Source: a virus (taxonomy: Duplodnaviria; Caudoviricetes). Taken from it: a DNA stretch of 63,570 bases. Made by a program: the position numbers and the translations under genes. Positions 17,606 to 27,312 of this stretch are shown one piece after another (position 1 is the stretch's first letter; each line of letters starts with the position of its first letter). The stretch is from positions 1 to 63,570 of IMG/VR virus record IMGVR_UViG_3300025423_000018; one strand, 5' to 3'. Under the pieces are notes generated by a model, which searched no databases, was not told the DNA's origin, and saw nothing but the letters and a program-made list of their open reading frames with translations.

Positions 17606-19126
17606 TTAATAATATGATGAACGTCGGCCTGATTTGAAGTAGACTCTTTCTTCCGGCTCGTCACTCGGCAGTCTCAAGAAACCACCTTGCCTAAAACGCA
17701 TGAGTGCAAGTGTTGTCGCGTCCACCAAGTCATCATGTTCTCCTGATGGGAATGCAGCGATCTCATCTACTAACTCTTCGGCCCAACGGGTCTCGGGTAC
17801 CCAAACTTTACCAGACGCAATGATGTCAGCTACCGAGTTTAATCGCGCAATCTTGTCTTGTCCACGACTAGGCGTGTAGTCTTGAACCGGTATTCCCATG
17901 GCTCTTAGCTCATATATTAAGGGTGCTCCAGTCGCTTTTTTCTCAATTAACACCCCATCTGGCTGCCATTCTTGGTATTCTTTGAACACATCGTGCTTCA
18001 AATCTATCCACTCAACACGCCTTCTATATGTGTTTAAAAGGATCAAATTGGGCAAATTATGGTCTTTATTGTTGTAAAAAACGCCCCAAAGTGTGCCCGC
18101 AGAGTAGTCAGCACGCTGAGTTTTCTCATATGCCGTGTCCCAAGTCTGCAAAATATAGTCACATTCAGGCGGTTCTTGCTCTGTCCATATCTTCCACCAG
18201 TCTCTTTTGATGATCGCAGACTCGTTTCCAACAGGATTTTGCTGGTATTGGGCTTGCCATTTTGCATTTGGCAACTCTTCTCTGAGCGCATTTAGCTCAT
18301 TTAATGACCAAAACTCTGGCCATAGGGGGTTTCCCGAGGGCAAAATCGCCGGAAATTCAATGACTTCCCACTCTTCACCACCCCTAGAAGCACTTGCTTT
18401 GATCACTTGCCCAGTCAAATCTCTCATTGACCAACGTGTCATCACGATCACAATTGATCCACCCGGCTGCAAACGCTGCCTTGGGCCAGACGTATACCAT
18501 TCATAAACCTTGTCATAGACTTCTGGGTTCGTCGCCGCCATCGCAGCTTCTTGTTCTGAGTGTGGGTCATCAATAATAAGTATGTCAGCACCCTTACCGG
18601 TCACAGCACCGCCTACACCAATCGCAAAATAATCTCCGCCTTTTGATGTGTTCCAGCGACCAGCCGCCTTGGAGTCTGCTTGTAAGTTCAGATCCGGAAA
18701 GATCTCTTTGTATACTTCGCTATCCACAAGGTTACGGACTTTACGCCCAAAGCCTACCGCCAATTCCGCAGTGTGTGAAGTCTGGATGACTTTTTTGTGT
18801 GGATATTTTCCAAGAAACCATGCAGGTAATAAATAACTAGCAAACTCGGACTTAGTATGACGAGGAGGCATATTAATAATAAGACGCTTACACTCGCCGC
18901 GAGCCACACGCTCAAACGCTTCAGCCATCCTAGCATGGTGTCTCCCTGATATAAATGTTGGCCACACCTTCTGTGTGAACTTTAAAAACTTGGCTCTAGC
19001 AAGTTCTTGCTCTTTGAGCATCTCCAAATGGATGAGCTGTTTCTCCAATACCCGCATCTCCGACTCTGACAGCCTTGGCAGAATCTTGGTTATGTCTTTA
19101 AGAGAGACGTCTTGGACTTCACTCAT
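17606..19126 (-). CDS. terL: Terminase large subunit
   Basis: RLIINMPPRHTKSE (Walker A variant), LIIDDPH (Walker B), QYQQNP, WDTA, HDDLVDA RNase H-like nuclease. Confidence 0.96.
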   Translation of the reverse strand: MSEVQDVSLKDITKILPRLSESEMRVLEKQLIHLEMLKEQELARAKFLKFTQKVWPTFISGRHHARMAEAFERVARGECKRLIINMPPRHTKSEFASYLLPAWFLGKYPHKKVIQTSHTAELAVGFGRKVRNLVDSEVYKEIFPDLNLQADSKAAGRWNTSKGGDYFAIGVGGAVTGKGADILIIDDPHSEQEAAMAATNPEVYDKVYEWYTSGPRQRLQPGGSIVIVMTRWSMRDLTGQVIKASASRGGEEWEVIEFPAILPSGNPLWPEFWSLNELNALREELPNAKWQAQYQQNPVGNESAIIKRDWWKIWTEQEPPECDYILQTWDTAYEKTQRADYSAGTLWGVFYNNKDHNLPNLILLNTYRRRVEWIDLKHDVFKEYQEWQPDGVLIEKKATGAPLIYELRAMGIPVQDYTPSRGQDKIARLNSVADIIASGKVWVPETRWAEELVDEIAAFPSGEHDDLVDATTLALMRFRQGGFLRLPSDEPEERVYFKSGRRSSYY

Positions 19127-19718
19127 CGATGGAATCGTTCTCTAAATCAGATGTACTTATTGCCGTTTCAGAGACTGCACCTAGGTGCGTATCCAGATCG
19201 TCTAGCGGAGTGATGTCGCTGATATCCTCATTGCTATTAAGTAGCCTTTTGACTCTTTCTTTGATCGAGTTCTCAAGCGACTCCGACGACTTATGATTGA
19301 TGGTGATTTCGCTACGGTTGGTAAACAAACCAACGTCCGAGTGCTTACCCAGCAGTTCAAGGGCTTTGATTTCAATTTTGTAATCTCCGCAATCAGCTAA
19401 CTGAACCAATTTATTGGTGATGAAATTTCTAGCTTGCTGCGCATCCTCGAATGTCTGGTAGTCGTGTTGACTAATGATATTGAGAGCGGCTTTGGCAACA
19501 CCGGGGTTGCTAATGTGTTTGGGAGTGTTGGTGGGCTGAGTGGTTAACTCAACTGCTTTCTTTGCGTCGTCTGCAGTGAAGTCGATTGCCCCGCCTAGTT
19601 GTTCCAAGAGCTTCGCAGTATTGACAGCGACAGCTATAGCATCCGTCTGAGTCGCAGGCTCCTCATCGGACATATCGAAAGGGATTGGGTATTCCCTAGA
19701 AGGTTCAACTTTAAGCAT
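19119..19718 (-). CDS. terS: Probable terminase small subunit (likely start 19718)
   Basis: Immediately upstream of and overlapping terL; IKALELLGK..DVGLF motif; the longer ORF-track start would lie upstream of the promoter. Confidence 0.65.
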   Translation of the reverse strand: MLKVEPSREYPIPFDMSDEEPATQTDAIAVAVNTAKLLEQLGGAIDFTADDAKKAVELTTQPTNTPKHISNPGVAKAALNIISQHDYQTFEDAQQARNFITNKLVQLADCGDYKIEIKALELLGKHSDVGLFTNRSEITINHKSSESLENSIKERVKRLLNSNEDISDITPLDDLDTHLGAVSETAISTSDLENDSIDE

Positions 19719-19748
19719 CGGGTAAACGCACCGAGTAGTGATGGCTGA

Positions 19749-19777
19749 AATATACCATAGATATATTTTTTTTGCAA
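19749..19777 (-). promoter_or_regulatory. Putative late-arm promoter
   Basis: TTGCAA-17-TATATT on minus strand. Confidence 0.55.
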
Positions 19778-20002
19778 GGGGGATCCTTTTTTGATACCGG
19801 GGGGTCACCTAATATAAAGGGGGTGGGGTCTTGGTTGTGGCGAAATTTTAAAAATGGGTATCGGGTGTGCAGAACACAGTGTAGAGATATCTAGGATTCC
19901 TTTCCTACATTTCGGGGGGTGGCACTCGGGTGGGTCTTTGCTTTGAACCCATAACATTGTTAGCCCTAGGTCAATACAGTTTAATTTTCGTGTGAACACA
20001 AT

Positions 20003-20031
20003 TTGATTTTGATTCTTTTTTGTGGTACAAT
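20003..20031 (+). promoter_or_regulatory. Early promoter 1
   Basis: TTGATT-17-TACAAT with TGTGG extension. Confidence 0.75.
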
Positions 20032-20096
20032 ATAGTCATGCAAACGAAGAAACGATTGCATACATTGTTCAACATTAACTAACGAAGGGTTTCATT

Positions 20097-20573
20097 ATGA
20101 CAACAACTATCACTACACACGAAGACGCAACGGTGTTAGACCTTATTAATAACGTCGCTGATGCAGTTAAACGCAAGTACGGCGCAACCAAGGCGCTCGC
20201 AGTTAAGTTGTGCGACACTTTACCCGCAGAGTGGTACAACGTCGAGCATTCGGATCAATCCGAAGAAGCTAAGCCCACGCTCGCAGTTGCACAGTTATTC
20301 CGTGACACACTGCGCAACGCCGGACACAAAAACCCGTCGGTCGAGTGGACACGTGTTCGCAACGAAGGCAGAGTATTCGCCGAAGGCGCTCCCGAATCCG
20401 AAGGCGCCGGTGCAAAGAAGCGCACTCTTAAACTGCGTTTAATTGAGGAGTTGACCAAATTGCACAAAGCCGGTCTCGCTGAGAAGTTCGTTAACGAAGA
20501 CGAAGCCGAAGCATTGACTAGCATTGCTAGCGCATTGATAGCGCTCAATGTTGACCTCAATATGATTAAGTAA
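20097..20573 (+). CDS. First early protein, hypothetical
   Basis: 158 aa downstream of promoter; AAGGG RBS. Confidence 0.8.
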   Translation: MTTTITTHEDATVLDLINNVADAVKRKYGATKALAVKLCDTLPAEWYNVEHSDQSEEAKPTLAVAQLFRDTLRNAGHKNPSVEWTRVRNEGRVFAEGAPESEGAGAKKRTLKLRLIEELTKLHKAGLAEKFVNEDEAEALTSIASALIALNVDLNMIK

Positions 20574-20625
20574 ACGTGAGAAGCCCTAACAATGTTAGGG
20601 CACTCTTCAACCCAAGGGGAAAATT

Positions 20626-20724
20626 ATGGATTATCAAGTATGTCTAGGTTTGTTATTTATTGTGACTATCGTTGCATGGATAAGCGCAGAAGTCACATAC
20701 TATCGGAGCACTAAAAATGATTGA
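20626..20724 (+). CDS. Small membrane peptide (32 aa)
   Basis: AAGGGG RBS; MDYQVCLGLLFIVTIVAWISAEVTYYRSTKND; below ORF-track cutoff. Confidence 0.5.
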   Translation: MDYQVCLGLLFIVTIVAWISAEVTYYRSTKND

Positions 20725-20788
20725 ATTATTTTGCGCAGTGGTTATTGGTATCGTCGCATCAGCAATAATTATATTAACCTCACCCTAA
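20717..20788 (+). CDS. Small membrane peptide (23 aa)
   Basis: GGAG upstream; MIELFCAVVIGIVASAIIILTSP; stop lies within a palindrome. Confidence 0.4.
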   Translation: MIELFCAVVIGIVASAIIILTSP

Positions 20789-20808
20789 CATTGTTAGGCT
20801 TCCCTAGG

Positions 20809-20840
20809 TGCTACACTGAACTCAGTGTAGCATTTTTTTT
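20809..20840 (+). terminator. Rho-independent terminator
   Basis: TGCTACACTG-AACT-CAGTGTAGCA followed by T8. Confidence 0.8.
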
Positions 20841-21300
20841 GCGCTTTTGTCAAGCGCATTTATGCCAGTTCCCATAAGAATGTGCATTGTTACGCCTAAT
20901 GTTACGAAAATTGTGTCTTTGTTATACAACACATCGCTGGAAACCCGCATGAATCCTAGATTGTTACATGTTACGTTTTTTTTGATAATTGAATGAAACT
21001 TTGGGAGCACGAACATGAGGAAGCCCTCGGCAAGAGCATTCTGTGCTACATTTGATTTTCCAAGATCATATAAAAATGAGTATAACAATATAACTTACAT
21101 AACATTTAATTTTTTTTAGTTTAGAATCAAGTACTTACAAGCGTTATGTTTTTTTTCTGCCTATTTTTTAAGCATAACATTGCGAAACACTGTACCACAA
21201 ATAGCGCAACGACACTTCCGATGTAATTCTAGAGCTTGCAGTAATACCCAAGTATTCACTTTTTCAATTCAGTCCCACCCAAGACCAACGAGAGACCAAA
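20841..21300. other. AT-rich non-coding region, candidate replication origin
   Basis: Five TGTTA(C/T) repeats 20888-20975 facing inverted ATAAC(A) repeats 21081-21180; T tracts; IHF consensus at 21125-21137. Confidence 0.45.
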
Positions 21301-21303
21301 GAG

Positions 21304-21332
21304 TTGACATAGGTATAACATTGTGGTACAAT
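21304..21332 (+). promoter_or_regulatory. Early promoter 2
   Basis: TTGACA-17-TACAAT with TGTGG; partial palindrome TAACATTGT in spacer. Confidence 0.85.
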
Positions 21333-21410
21333 ATAGGCTGAAGACAAAAATCTTCTACTCAACAACACTCTCAACCCCTAACAATGTTAGGCAACAACGA
21401 AAGGTTACTT

Positions 21411-21632
21411 ATGGACTGGAAAGAATGTCTTGCGTGCGGTGACGATATCCGCATCGAGCGTTGGCAACTCGGCTATCGCTTCTGTTTATTCTGTGGTGAA
21501 GATCAAGCACGTGCTGAGCGTGCATCGTGGACTATCATTCAAGAGTATACCAAGGGCAACTACATGTTAGTTACACCTGCCAACGTACACACAACACTCA
21601 AGCAGACTAACCCAAAGGAGAATAGAGCGTGA
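21411..21632 (+). CDS. Small Zn-finger protein (DksA/TraR-like CxxC-x-CxxC spacing)
   Basis: CLACGDDI.IERW.LGY.FCLFC; AAGG RBS before ATG 21411. Confidence 0.65.
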   Translation: MDWKECLACGDDIRIERWQLGYRFCLFCGEDQARAERASWTIIQEYTKGNYMLVTPANVHTTLKQTNPKENRA

Positions 21633-21964
21633 GTAAAGATATCCCCAACTATAAAGCACGTGACTACGTGCAACGCAAAGAGCGTTTTGATGGTGCTAAT
21701 GTATACGCAAGATGGCACAGGCGCAGTGATTCACTGCAAAGCAAGCAGACCATATACGTGGTTTACTCGTATGGGAATCACTTCCCCATGTTTGTTTACG
21801 ATGCCGACGCTGACGTATGGGTAGAGAATTCCGATAAGTTCTCGGCAACAACATCAAAACAACGAACACAACTGCATCCATTGTGTGACACATTAAAGCG
21901 TCCGTTAGAAGACGTAAAGTTAGTTGCGGCTTATGGTATCTGTGGACTATTAAATAAGGAGTAA
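21629..21964 (+). CDS. Early hypothetical protein
   Basis: 111 aa; YVVYSYG.HFPM, SATTSKQ. Confidence 0.75.
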   Translation: MSKDIPNYKARDYVQRKERFDGANVYARWHRRSDSLQSKQTIYVVYSYGNHFPMFVYDADADVWVENSDKFSATTSKQRTQLHPLCDTLKRPLEDVKLVAAYGICGLLNKE

Positions 21965-21967
21965 AAA

Positions 21968-22129
21968 ATGACTGAAGGCGACTACTTAAAAGCACTCGAA
22001 CTCATCAAAGATGCTGAGCGCAACATCAGGGAAGGAGATTATGACCTTGCTCATATTGCAGTAATCGAAGCCCTAACATTGCTTGACGAGCGTGAGCGAG
22101 TCATGGGTGAAGAAGATGAGCGAGTTTGA
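21968..22129 (+). CDS. Early hypothetical protein (53 aa)
   Basis: AAGGAG RBS; MTEGDYLKALEL...; below ORF-track cutoff. Confidence 0.6.
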   Translation: MTEGDYLKALELIKDAERNIREGDYDLAHIAVIEALTLLDERERVMGEEDERV

Positions 22130-22313
22130 TGATCGGCCTGAATGGATTGTGTACAGAATAATTGGACATCCGTTCAGTTTATTAGCCACGACCAAGCCAG
22201 TGTGGGACTCGATGATGGAGTATTCACGAAATGAGTACAGGTTCGAAATTGTTGCCGAGAATTTAACGTTCGAAACTGCAACGAAGATGATAAGACTAAC
22301 GAAGGGAGAATAA
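22116..22313 (+). CDS. Early hypothetical protein
   Basis: MSEFDDRPEW..., overlapping upstream stop. Confidence 0.6.
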   Translation: MSEFDDRPEWIVYRIIGHPFSLLATTKPVWDSMMEYSRNEYRFEIVAENLTFETATKMIRLTKGE

Positions 22314-22409
22314 CATGAGCTATAACCGACGGAGCGAATTGATATCACGCGTGATCTTTCTGATTGCGGTTATTGTGATATGTGCAGATTTATTTATCTG
22401 GAGGAGAGG

Positions 22410-22571
22410 ATGAAGCTAACCAAGTACTACGTGACCGGATACAACCCACGGTTCGGCAACTGGAGTGCACAAGTGTACGAATGTGCAACGATGGAGAATG
22501 CGAAACTTAGATTTTCCCTTGAGTTTCCATACCTCAAAACAATTAAGGCTTACGCCCTACGGACAGACTAA
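22410..22571 (+). CDS. Early hypothetical protein
   Basis: GGAGGAG RBS before MKLTKYY. Confidence 0.6.
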   Translation: MKLTKYYVTGYNPRFGNWSAQVYECATMENAKLRFSLEFPYLKTIKAYALRTD

Positions 22572-22575
22572 ATGC

Positions 22576-22604
22576 TTGACTCAGGTATTATTCTGTGGTA
22601 CAAT
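22576..22604 (+). promoter_or_regulatory. Early promoter 3
   Basis: TTGACT-17-TACAAT with TGTGG; -10 overlaps partial palindrome ACAATGTTA. Confidence 0.8.
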
Positions 22605-22694
22605 GTTATTAAAAAAGCTCAATGAGCGAAGTGAATTGTGTTTGTCAGCAACCCCCTAACAATGTTAGGGATATTAACCTAGAAGGAACTAAAA

Positions 22695-23759
22695 ATGTCA
22701 GAAGTAAATTTCGGTAAGTCAATTACATTGAAGCAAGCATCAAAGCTCATTCAATCCAACCCTGAGACTCGTTTTCTACTTGAAGGTGAGCCGGGCATTG
22801 GGAAGTCATCCCTATTAGAGAGTATAGCCAACGGTATGGGCTACGACTATGCCTACATCGATGTGCCGAACATGGACTTGGGCGATATCGCCATGCCTGT
22901 GATCGACCACGACACCAAGACTACCAAGTATTACCCTAATGCTAGGTTCAAGATTCACGAAGGCAAACCACTGGTGATCATGCTCGACGAGTTCACCAAA
23001 GGTGCAGACCCTGTGAAGAACATGCTTCACCCCATGCTAGAGAAGGCAAACCCAAGACTCGGTGACATTCCAATACCCAAGGAGACCATTGTGTTTTTGA
23101 CTGGTAATCTTTCGACCGACGGTGTGGGTGACTCCCTGAAAGCACATAGCCGTAATCGTTTGGTTCCCGTGCGTATCCGCAAACCCGATGCCGATGAGTG
23201 GATCGAGTGGGCGATGGGCAAAGGTATCGAGCCCGAGGTGATTGCATGGGTGAATCGGTTCCCTCATGTGTTGGCTAGCTATACCGATGGTGGATCCGGA
23301 GATAACCCATACATCTATTCACCTAAGAGTAATCAGAAGGCGTTTGTTTCCCCTCGTTCGCTAGAGACTGCATCTAACATTGTTAGGACTCGTAAGGACA
23401 ACGATCCTGATACGGTGATATCCGCATTGACTGGTGCGATCGGTGAAGCAGGTGCTCGGGATATGCAAGCGTACATCGAGTTCTCAGATCAACTGCCGAC
23501 ATGGGAAGCGACGATTGCTAACCCTAAGACTACGCAGATACCAACATCAGCCGGTGCCTGTGCGATTGTGGTATTCGGTGCGATTGCACGGATGACCAAG
23601 GAGAGCATCACTCCATTCATGGAGTATCTACAACGGTTCGATGCCGAGTGGCAAGCCGTGTTTGCGATCAACATTGCGAAGACACCGAGCAAGCAAGCGA
23701 TAGCGTTCAGTTGCAAGGCGTTCAGTGATTGGGTTGCGAAGAATCAAGACTTACTTTAA
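22695..23759 (+). CDS. AAA+ ATPase (MoxR/dynein-related type)
   Basis: GEPGIGKS Walker A, IMLDEF Walker B, TGN sensor 1, SPRS. Confidence 0.9.
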   Translation: MSEVNFGKSITLKQASKLIQSNPETRFLLEGEPGIGKSSLLESIANGMGYDYAYIDVPNMDLGDIAMPVIDHDTKTTKYYPNARFKIHEGKPLVIMLDEFTKGADPVKNMLHPMLEKANPRLGDIPIPKETIVFLTGNLSTDGVGDSLKAHSRNRLVPVRIRKPDADEWIEWAMGKGIEPEVIAWVNRFPHVLASYTDGGSGDNPYIYSPKSNQKAFVSPRSLETASNIVRTRKDNDPDTVISALTGAIGEAGARDMQAYIEFSDQLPTWEATIANPKTTQIPTSAGACAIVVFGAIARMTKESITPFMEYLQRFDAEWQAVFAINIAKTPSKQAIAFSCKAFSDWVAKNQDLL

Positions 23760-23771
23760 TAGGAGCTAACA

Positions 23772-24962
23772 ATGTTAGAGGAACGAAAAATACAGAAGGC
23801 CAAGATCAGCTTGATGCGTAACCCCAAGTTCGCATTGCTCAGTGGTATCTTGATGGTGGGACGTACGTTTGTTGACGATAACACACCGACTGCTAGGACT
23901 AACGGACGTGACGAGTGGTATGGGCGTAAGTTCATCAACGAGTTGACCGAGAAGGAGCTTGCGTTTGTGATTGCACACGAAGCGTCGCACAAGATGTATC
24001 GTCACTTGACTACGTATAAGAAGCTACATGAAGAGAATGCAATGCTGGCGAATGGTGCGTGTGACTACGTGATCAACCTGATGCTACAAGATACAGACCC
24101 CGAGCAAACCGTGATCACCATGCCACGGTGGAAGAGTGGCGAGAAGAAAGGTGAGCCGATGGGCTTGATCGATGAGAAGTATCGAGGTATGAATTCCAAG
24201 CAAGTGTTCGACCTACTGAAGCAGAACGATGATGGATCGGGCGGAGATGGGTTCGATGAGCATGACTGGGAAGAAGCAACGAAAGGCATGACAGAGCAAG
24301 AGAAACGTGAGTTGGCTAGGGATATTGACCAAGCCATAAGACAAGGACTCATGGCACAACACAAAGTTGCCGGTAAGGGTAGAAGTGGTGGTGACCGAGA
24401 GCTTGAAGATCTACTCAATCCCAAGGTGGATTGGCGTGAAGTCTTGCGTGAGTTCGTGAAAGCCACATGCAATGCCAAGGATACTTCATCATGGCGCAGG
24501 GTTAACCGACGTTATCTATCGACTGGTATGTACATGCCGAGCATGATCGGTGAGCGAGTTGGTCATATCGTGATAGCCGTAGATACATCGGGGTCAGTAG
24601 GACAACAAGAATTATCTGAGTTCCTTGGTGAAGTCAAAGGTGTAGCAGAGGAGGTGCATCCTGAGAAAGTTGACTTGATCTACTGGGGTTCAGATGTTGC
24701 AGGTCACGAAGAGTACGAAGGCAATGCGGTGGCTAACATTGTTAGTTCTACAAAGCCCAAGGGCGGTGGAGGTACATCGCCGAGTTGCGTGTCCGAGTAT
24801 CTCGAAGAGAAGAAGATCGTGCCCGAGTGCATCATTGTTCTTACCGACGGATACGTAGGCAGTGACTGGGGTGGCAACTGGACTGCACCAATTCTGTGGA
24901 CTATCGTAGGAGGTAATGATGTCGTTTCACCGAATGGCAAAACAATTCACATCAACAATTAA
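23772..24962 (+). CDS. Metallopeptidase-vWA domain protein (DUF2201-like)
   Basis: TA.TNG, HEASH (HExxH), NxAxD..IN; DTSGS MIDAS, GGGT, LTDGY. Confidence 0.88.
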   Translation: MLEERKIQKAKISLMRNPKFALLSGILMVGRTFVDDNTPTARTNGRDEWYGRKFINELTEKELAFVIAHEASHKMYRHLTTYKKLHEENAMLANGACDYVINLMLQDTDPEQTVITMPRWKSGEKKGEPMGLIDEKYRGMNSKQVFDLLKQNDDGSGGDGFDEHDWEEATKGMTEQEKRELARDIDQAIRQGLMAQHKVAGKGRSGGDRELEDLLNPKVDWREVLREFVKATCNAKDTSSWRRVNRRYLSTGMYMPSMIGERVGHIVIAVDTSGSVGQQELSEFLGEVKGVAEEVHPEKVDLIYWGSDVAGHEEYEGNAVANIVSSTKPKGGGGTSPSCVSEYLEEKKIVPECIIVLTDGYVGSDWGGNWTAPILWTIVGGNDVVSPNGKTIHINN

Positions 24963-24993
24963 TATTAACCGAGCACTAATGAGGAGAGATGAA

Positions 24994-25245
24994 ATGATGA
25001 TTGTAACTATTGGCTATCAAGACTATGCGTTACCAACCAAGGACGCCATAACATTGTTAGAGTTACTGAGCAAGGCAGAGAGGTACGAGGACAGGTACGT
25101 ATCAAAAGATTCCAAGGAGAACACAACAGGCGAAGCGTATCACACGTTTCATGTGTATGAGAATGACACGGTGTTCAATGCCAAGGTTATCCCTAACGAG
25201 AAATACCGAATGGCTAAGCTAGCGGGTAAACCCGAGCGTTCATAA
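24994..25245 (+). CDS. Hypothetical protein
   Basis: GAGGAG RBS before MMIVTIGY. Confidence 0.65.
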   Translation: MMIVTIGYQDYALPTKDAITLLELLSKAERYEDRYVSKDSKENTTGEAYHTFHVYENDTVFNAKVIPNEKYRMAKLAGKPERS

Positions 25246-25263
25246 TTTAACAGGAGAAATCAA

Positions 25264-26115
25264 ATGAGTATTAGTTCATCAGCAGTATTAGTAGAGTTGA
25301 ATATCAGCGTATGGCCAGCCAGTAAAGTTGACCGTGAAACAACTGATCTTGTGAATAGCAACGCATCAGCAGTGCGAGATGCCAGCCAGACCAAGAAGAA
25401 TCTTTTTGCAGGTACGAGCATGCGTAAGGATATCGACAAGTTCGCCGCCCGAGTGCGTCTGTATCACAACCAACACACATTGCCTTGGGCAGACAAGGGT
25501 CAACGACTTCTACCTACTAAGCTATTCATGGAATACAAGCAGACCATGGATGCACACGAGCACACATTCAATATGATGTGCAATAACTTCTATGCCATGT
25601 ATCCTCAGTTGGTACAGGATGCGAGCGTAAGTCTAGGTTCACTCTACAAAGCAAGCGACTATCCCGATATCGAGGAAGTCAAGGGTAAGTTCGGGTTCAG
25701 AAGATCCGTCGATCCAATCCCTGAGAGTGGCGACTTTAGATTAGATGTATCAGCAGAGGACTTAGCGGATTTGAAAAACCACTATGAACAACAATATAGC
25801 AATAGGATAGCCGAAGCGATGCGTGCACCGTGGGAACGTCTGCATACTACGTTAACTGCAATGTCTGAGAAGCTCACCGAACGAGCTAGTGATCAGAAGG
25901 TTCGGTATCACGACAGTCTACTAACGAATGCGCAAGACTTGTGCTCGCTGTTGACCAAGCTCAATGTGACCAATGATCCGAAGTTAGAGGAAGCTAGGCA
26001 AGACCTTGAGCGTGCGTTGGTAGGTGCAGACATGGACGGACTGAAAGAAGATTCGTTCGAGCGTCATGCCTTGAAGAACAAAGTGGATGCCATCATTGGC
26101 AAGTTCAACTGGTAA
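25264..26115 (+). CDS. Helical hypothetical protein downstream of the AAA/vWA pair
   Basis: 283 aa; AGGAG RBS; HTLPW, RLLP, DYP. Confidence 0.8.
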   Translation: MSISSSAVLVELNISVWPASKVDRETTDLVNSNASAVRDASQTKKNLFAGTSMRKDIDKFAARVRLYHNQHTLPWADKGQRLLPTKLFMEYKQTMDAHEHTFNMMCNNFYAMYPQLVQDASVSLGSLYKASDYPDIEEVKGKFGFRRSVDPIPESGDFRLDVSAEDLADLKNHYEQQYSNRIAEAMRAPWERLHTTLTAMSEKLTERASDQKVRYHDSLLTNAQDLCSLLTKLNVTNDPKLEEARQDLERALVGADMDGLKEDSFERHALKNKVDAIIGKFNW

Positions 26116-26285
26116 GGGGTATGTATGAAAGCATGGACTAAGTATCCGAACACATTTGATTCGGATGTTCTTGAGAAGGTTCCACATATTGTGGAAGACC
26201 GAGATGGTAATCAAGTTGAGGTGATGGCGCTTGATCCAATCAACGCTATCGTATTGGTAACTGAAATGATAATGGAGAATTTTAA

Positions 26286-27101
26286 ATGATTGATGCAATG
26301 ATGCTATCCAGTGTTTACATGGAGAAGAATAAGAGTAAGACCGACGTAAAGATGGACTCCAATCTATCTGAGATTGTGGTTGCGTTAGCTACTACTAATC
26401 CGACGTGGTCATTCGAGTGCATACCTCATCAGTTCAGAGATCGTATTGGTAAGGTTTACGTATATGCAGAGGGGCAACAGATTGGTTACCTTAACCGTGA
26501 GTATTCTAACCGAGCCGGTGGTAATGCAACTAGAGTTAGTAAGCCCAATGAGTATAGACGCAACGGAGAATTCACAGTCACGTCCGACAACAAGAAGGCC
26601 ATTCGTGAAGCGAAGAAACGTTTCACGGTTAAGTCTATTAAAGAAATAATAGGCGAGAAGTATAGAGAAGCTAGAGATATAGTGCAACAACAACGATACC
26701 GCAAGGGTAGCAGGGCAGGGGATTGTGTAGGTTCGTTGAGAGATGTTATGCATAAGTACACATTTGAAGAATATCGGGAGCAGTTCGTTTCGTTCTTGAC
26801 CAAGCAACATAACAGTTCACAACTATTAAGTAAGCTCAAGGAGTTTGATGAGATAACTGCGGAGTTCAACGCAATCGACGCAATCGAGGAAAAGGTGAAG
26901 ACAGACGACCATGTACTTATCCATATCAATGGGAGTAAATATATTGTTAAGACTATTGACAATGTACAATCTTATGATGATAATACACTCCCCGAAGAAT
27001 ACAGAGGTAAGCTCGGTATGCTGAAGTTGGTGGAGGTGAACCAGTGTGTATCGGATGTGGGATGCAGAACACATGACGATACGTTCTTAATTGTTACCTA
27101 A
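26286..27101 (+). CDS. Hypothetical protein
   Basis: 271 aa; GGAG RBS; C-terminal LPE...KLGMLKLV. Confidence 0.8.
   Translation: MIDAMMLSSVYMEKNKSKTDVKMDSNLSEIVVALATTNPTWSFECIPHQFRDRIGKVYVYAEGQQIGYLNREYSNRAGGNATRVSKPNEYRRNGEFTVTSDNKKAIREAKKRFTVKSIKEIIGEKYREARDIVQQQRYRKGSRAGDCVGSLRDVMHKYTFEEYREQFVSFLTKQHNSSQLLSKLKEFDEITAEFNAIDAIEEKVKTDDHVLIHINGSKYIVKTIDNVQSYDDNTLPEEYRGKLGMLKLVEVNQCVSDVGCRTHDDTFLIVT
26956..26984 (+). promoter_or_regulatory. Putative internal promoter (second class)
   Basis: TTGACA-17-GATAAT; shares ACTATTGACAAWGT with 29664. Confidence 0.45.
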
Positions 27102-27126
27102 CAATGTTAGGGGTTGAAAGGTATAT

Positions 27127-27312
27127 ATGAATACAGAGATGTTAAAACGTGCAAGGAAACTGTGGGCGGTGGAGTACATGTCCCACTACGAGAACAGGAC
27201 GAACATGCGCAAGTGGGTGAAGGCGGTGCGTGTGGTCAGAGACAATGGGAACTGGCTTTTGTTGAAAAAGGTGGGGAGGGCAAATGAAAATGCAAGCAAC
27301 ACTATCGTTTAA
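27127..27312 (+). CDS. Hypothetical protein
   Basis: 61 aa; AAGG RBS. Confidence 0.65.
   Translation: MNTEMLKRARKLWAVEYMSHYENRTNMRKWVKAVRVVRDNGNWLLLKKVGRANENASNTIV

Noticed and set aside
19719-19808. ORF-track N-terminal extension of TerS
   Set aside because: Overlaps the predicted promoter; ATG at 19718 is more plausible
20822-21088. 88-aa minus-strand ORF in the origin-like region
   Set aside because: Opposite to local transcription, no RBS, coincides with AT-rich repeats
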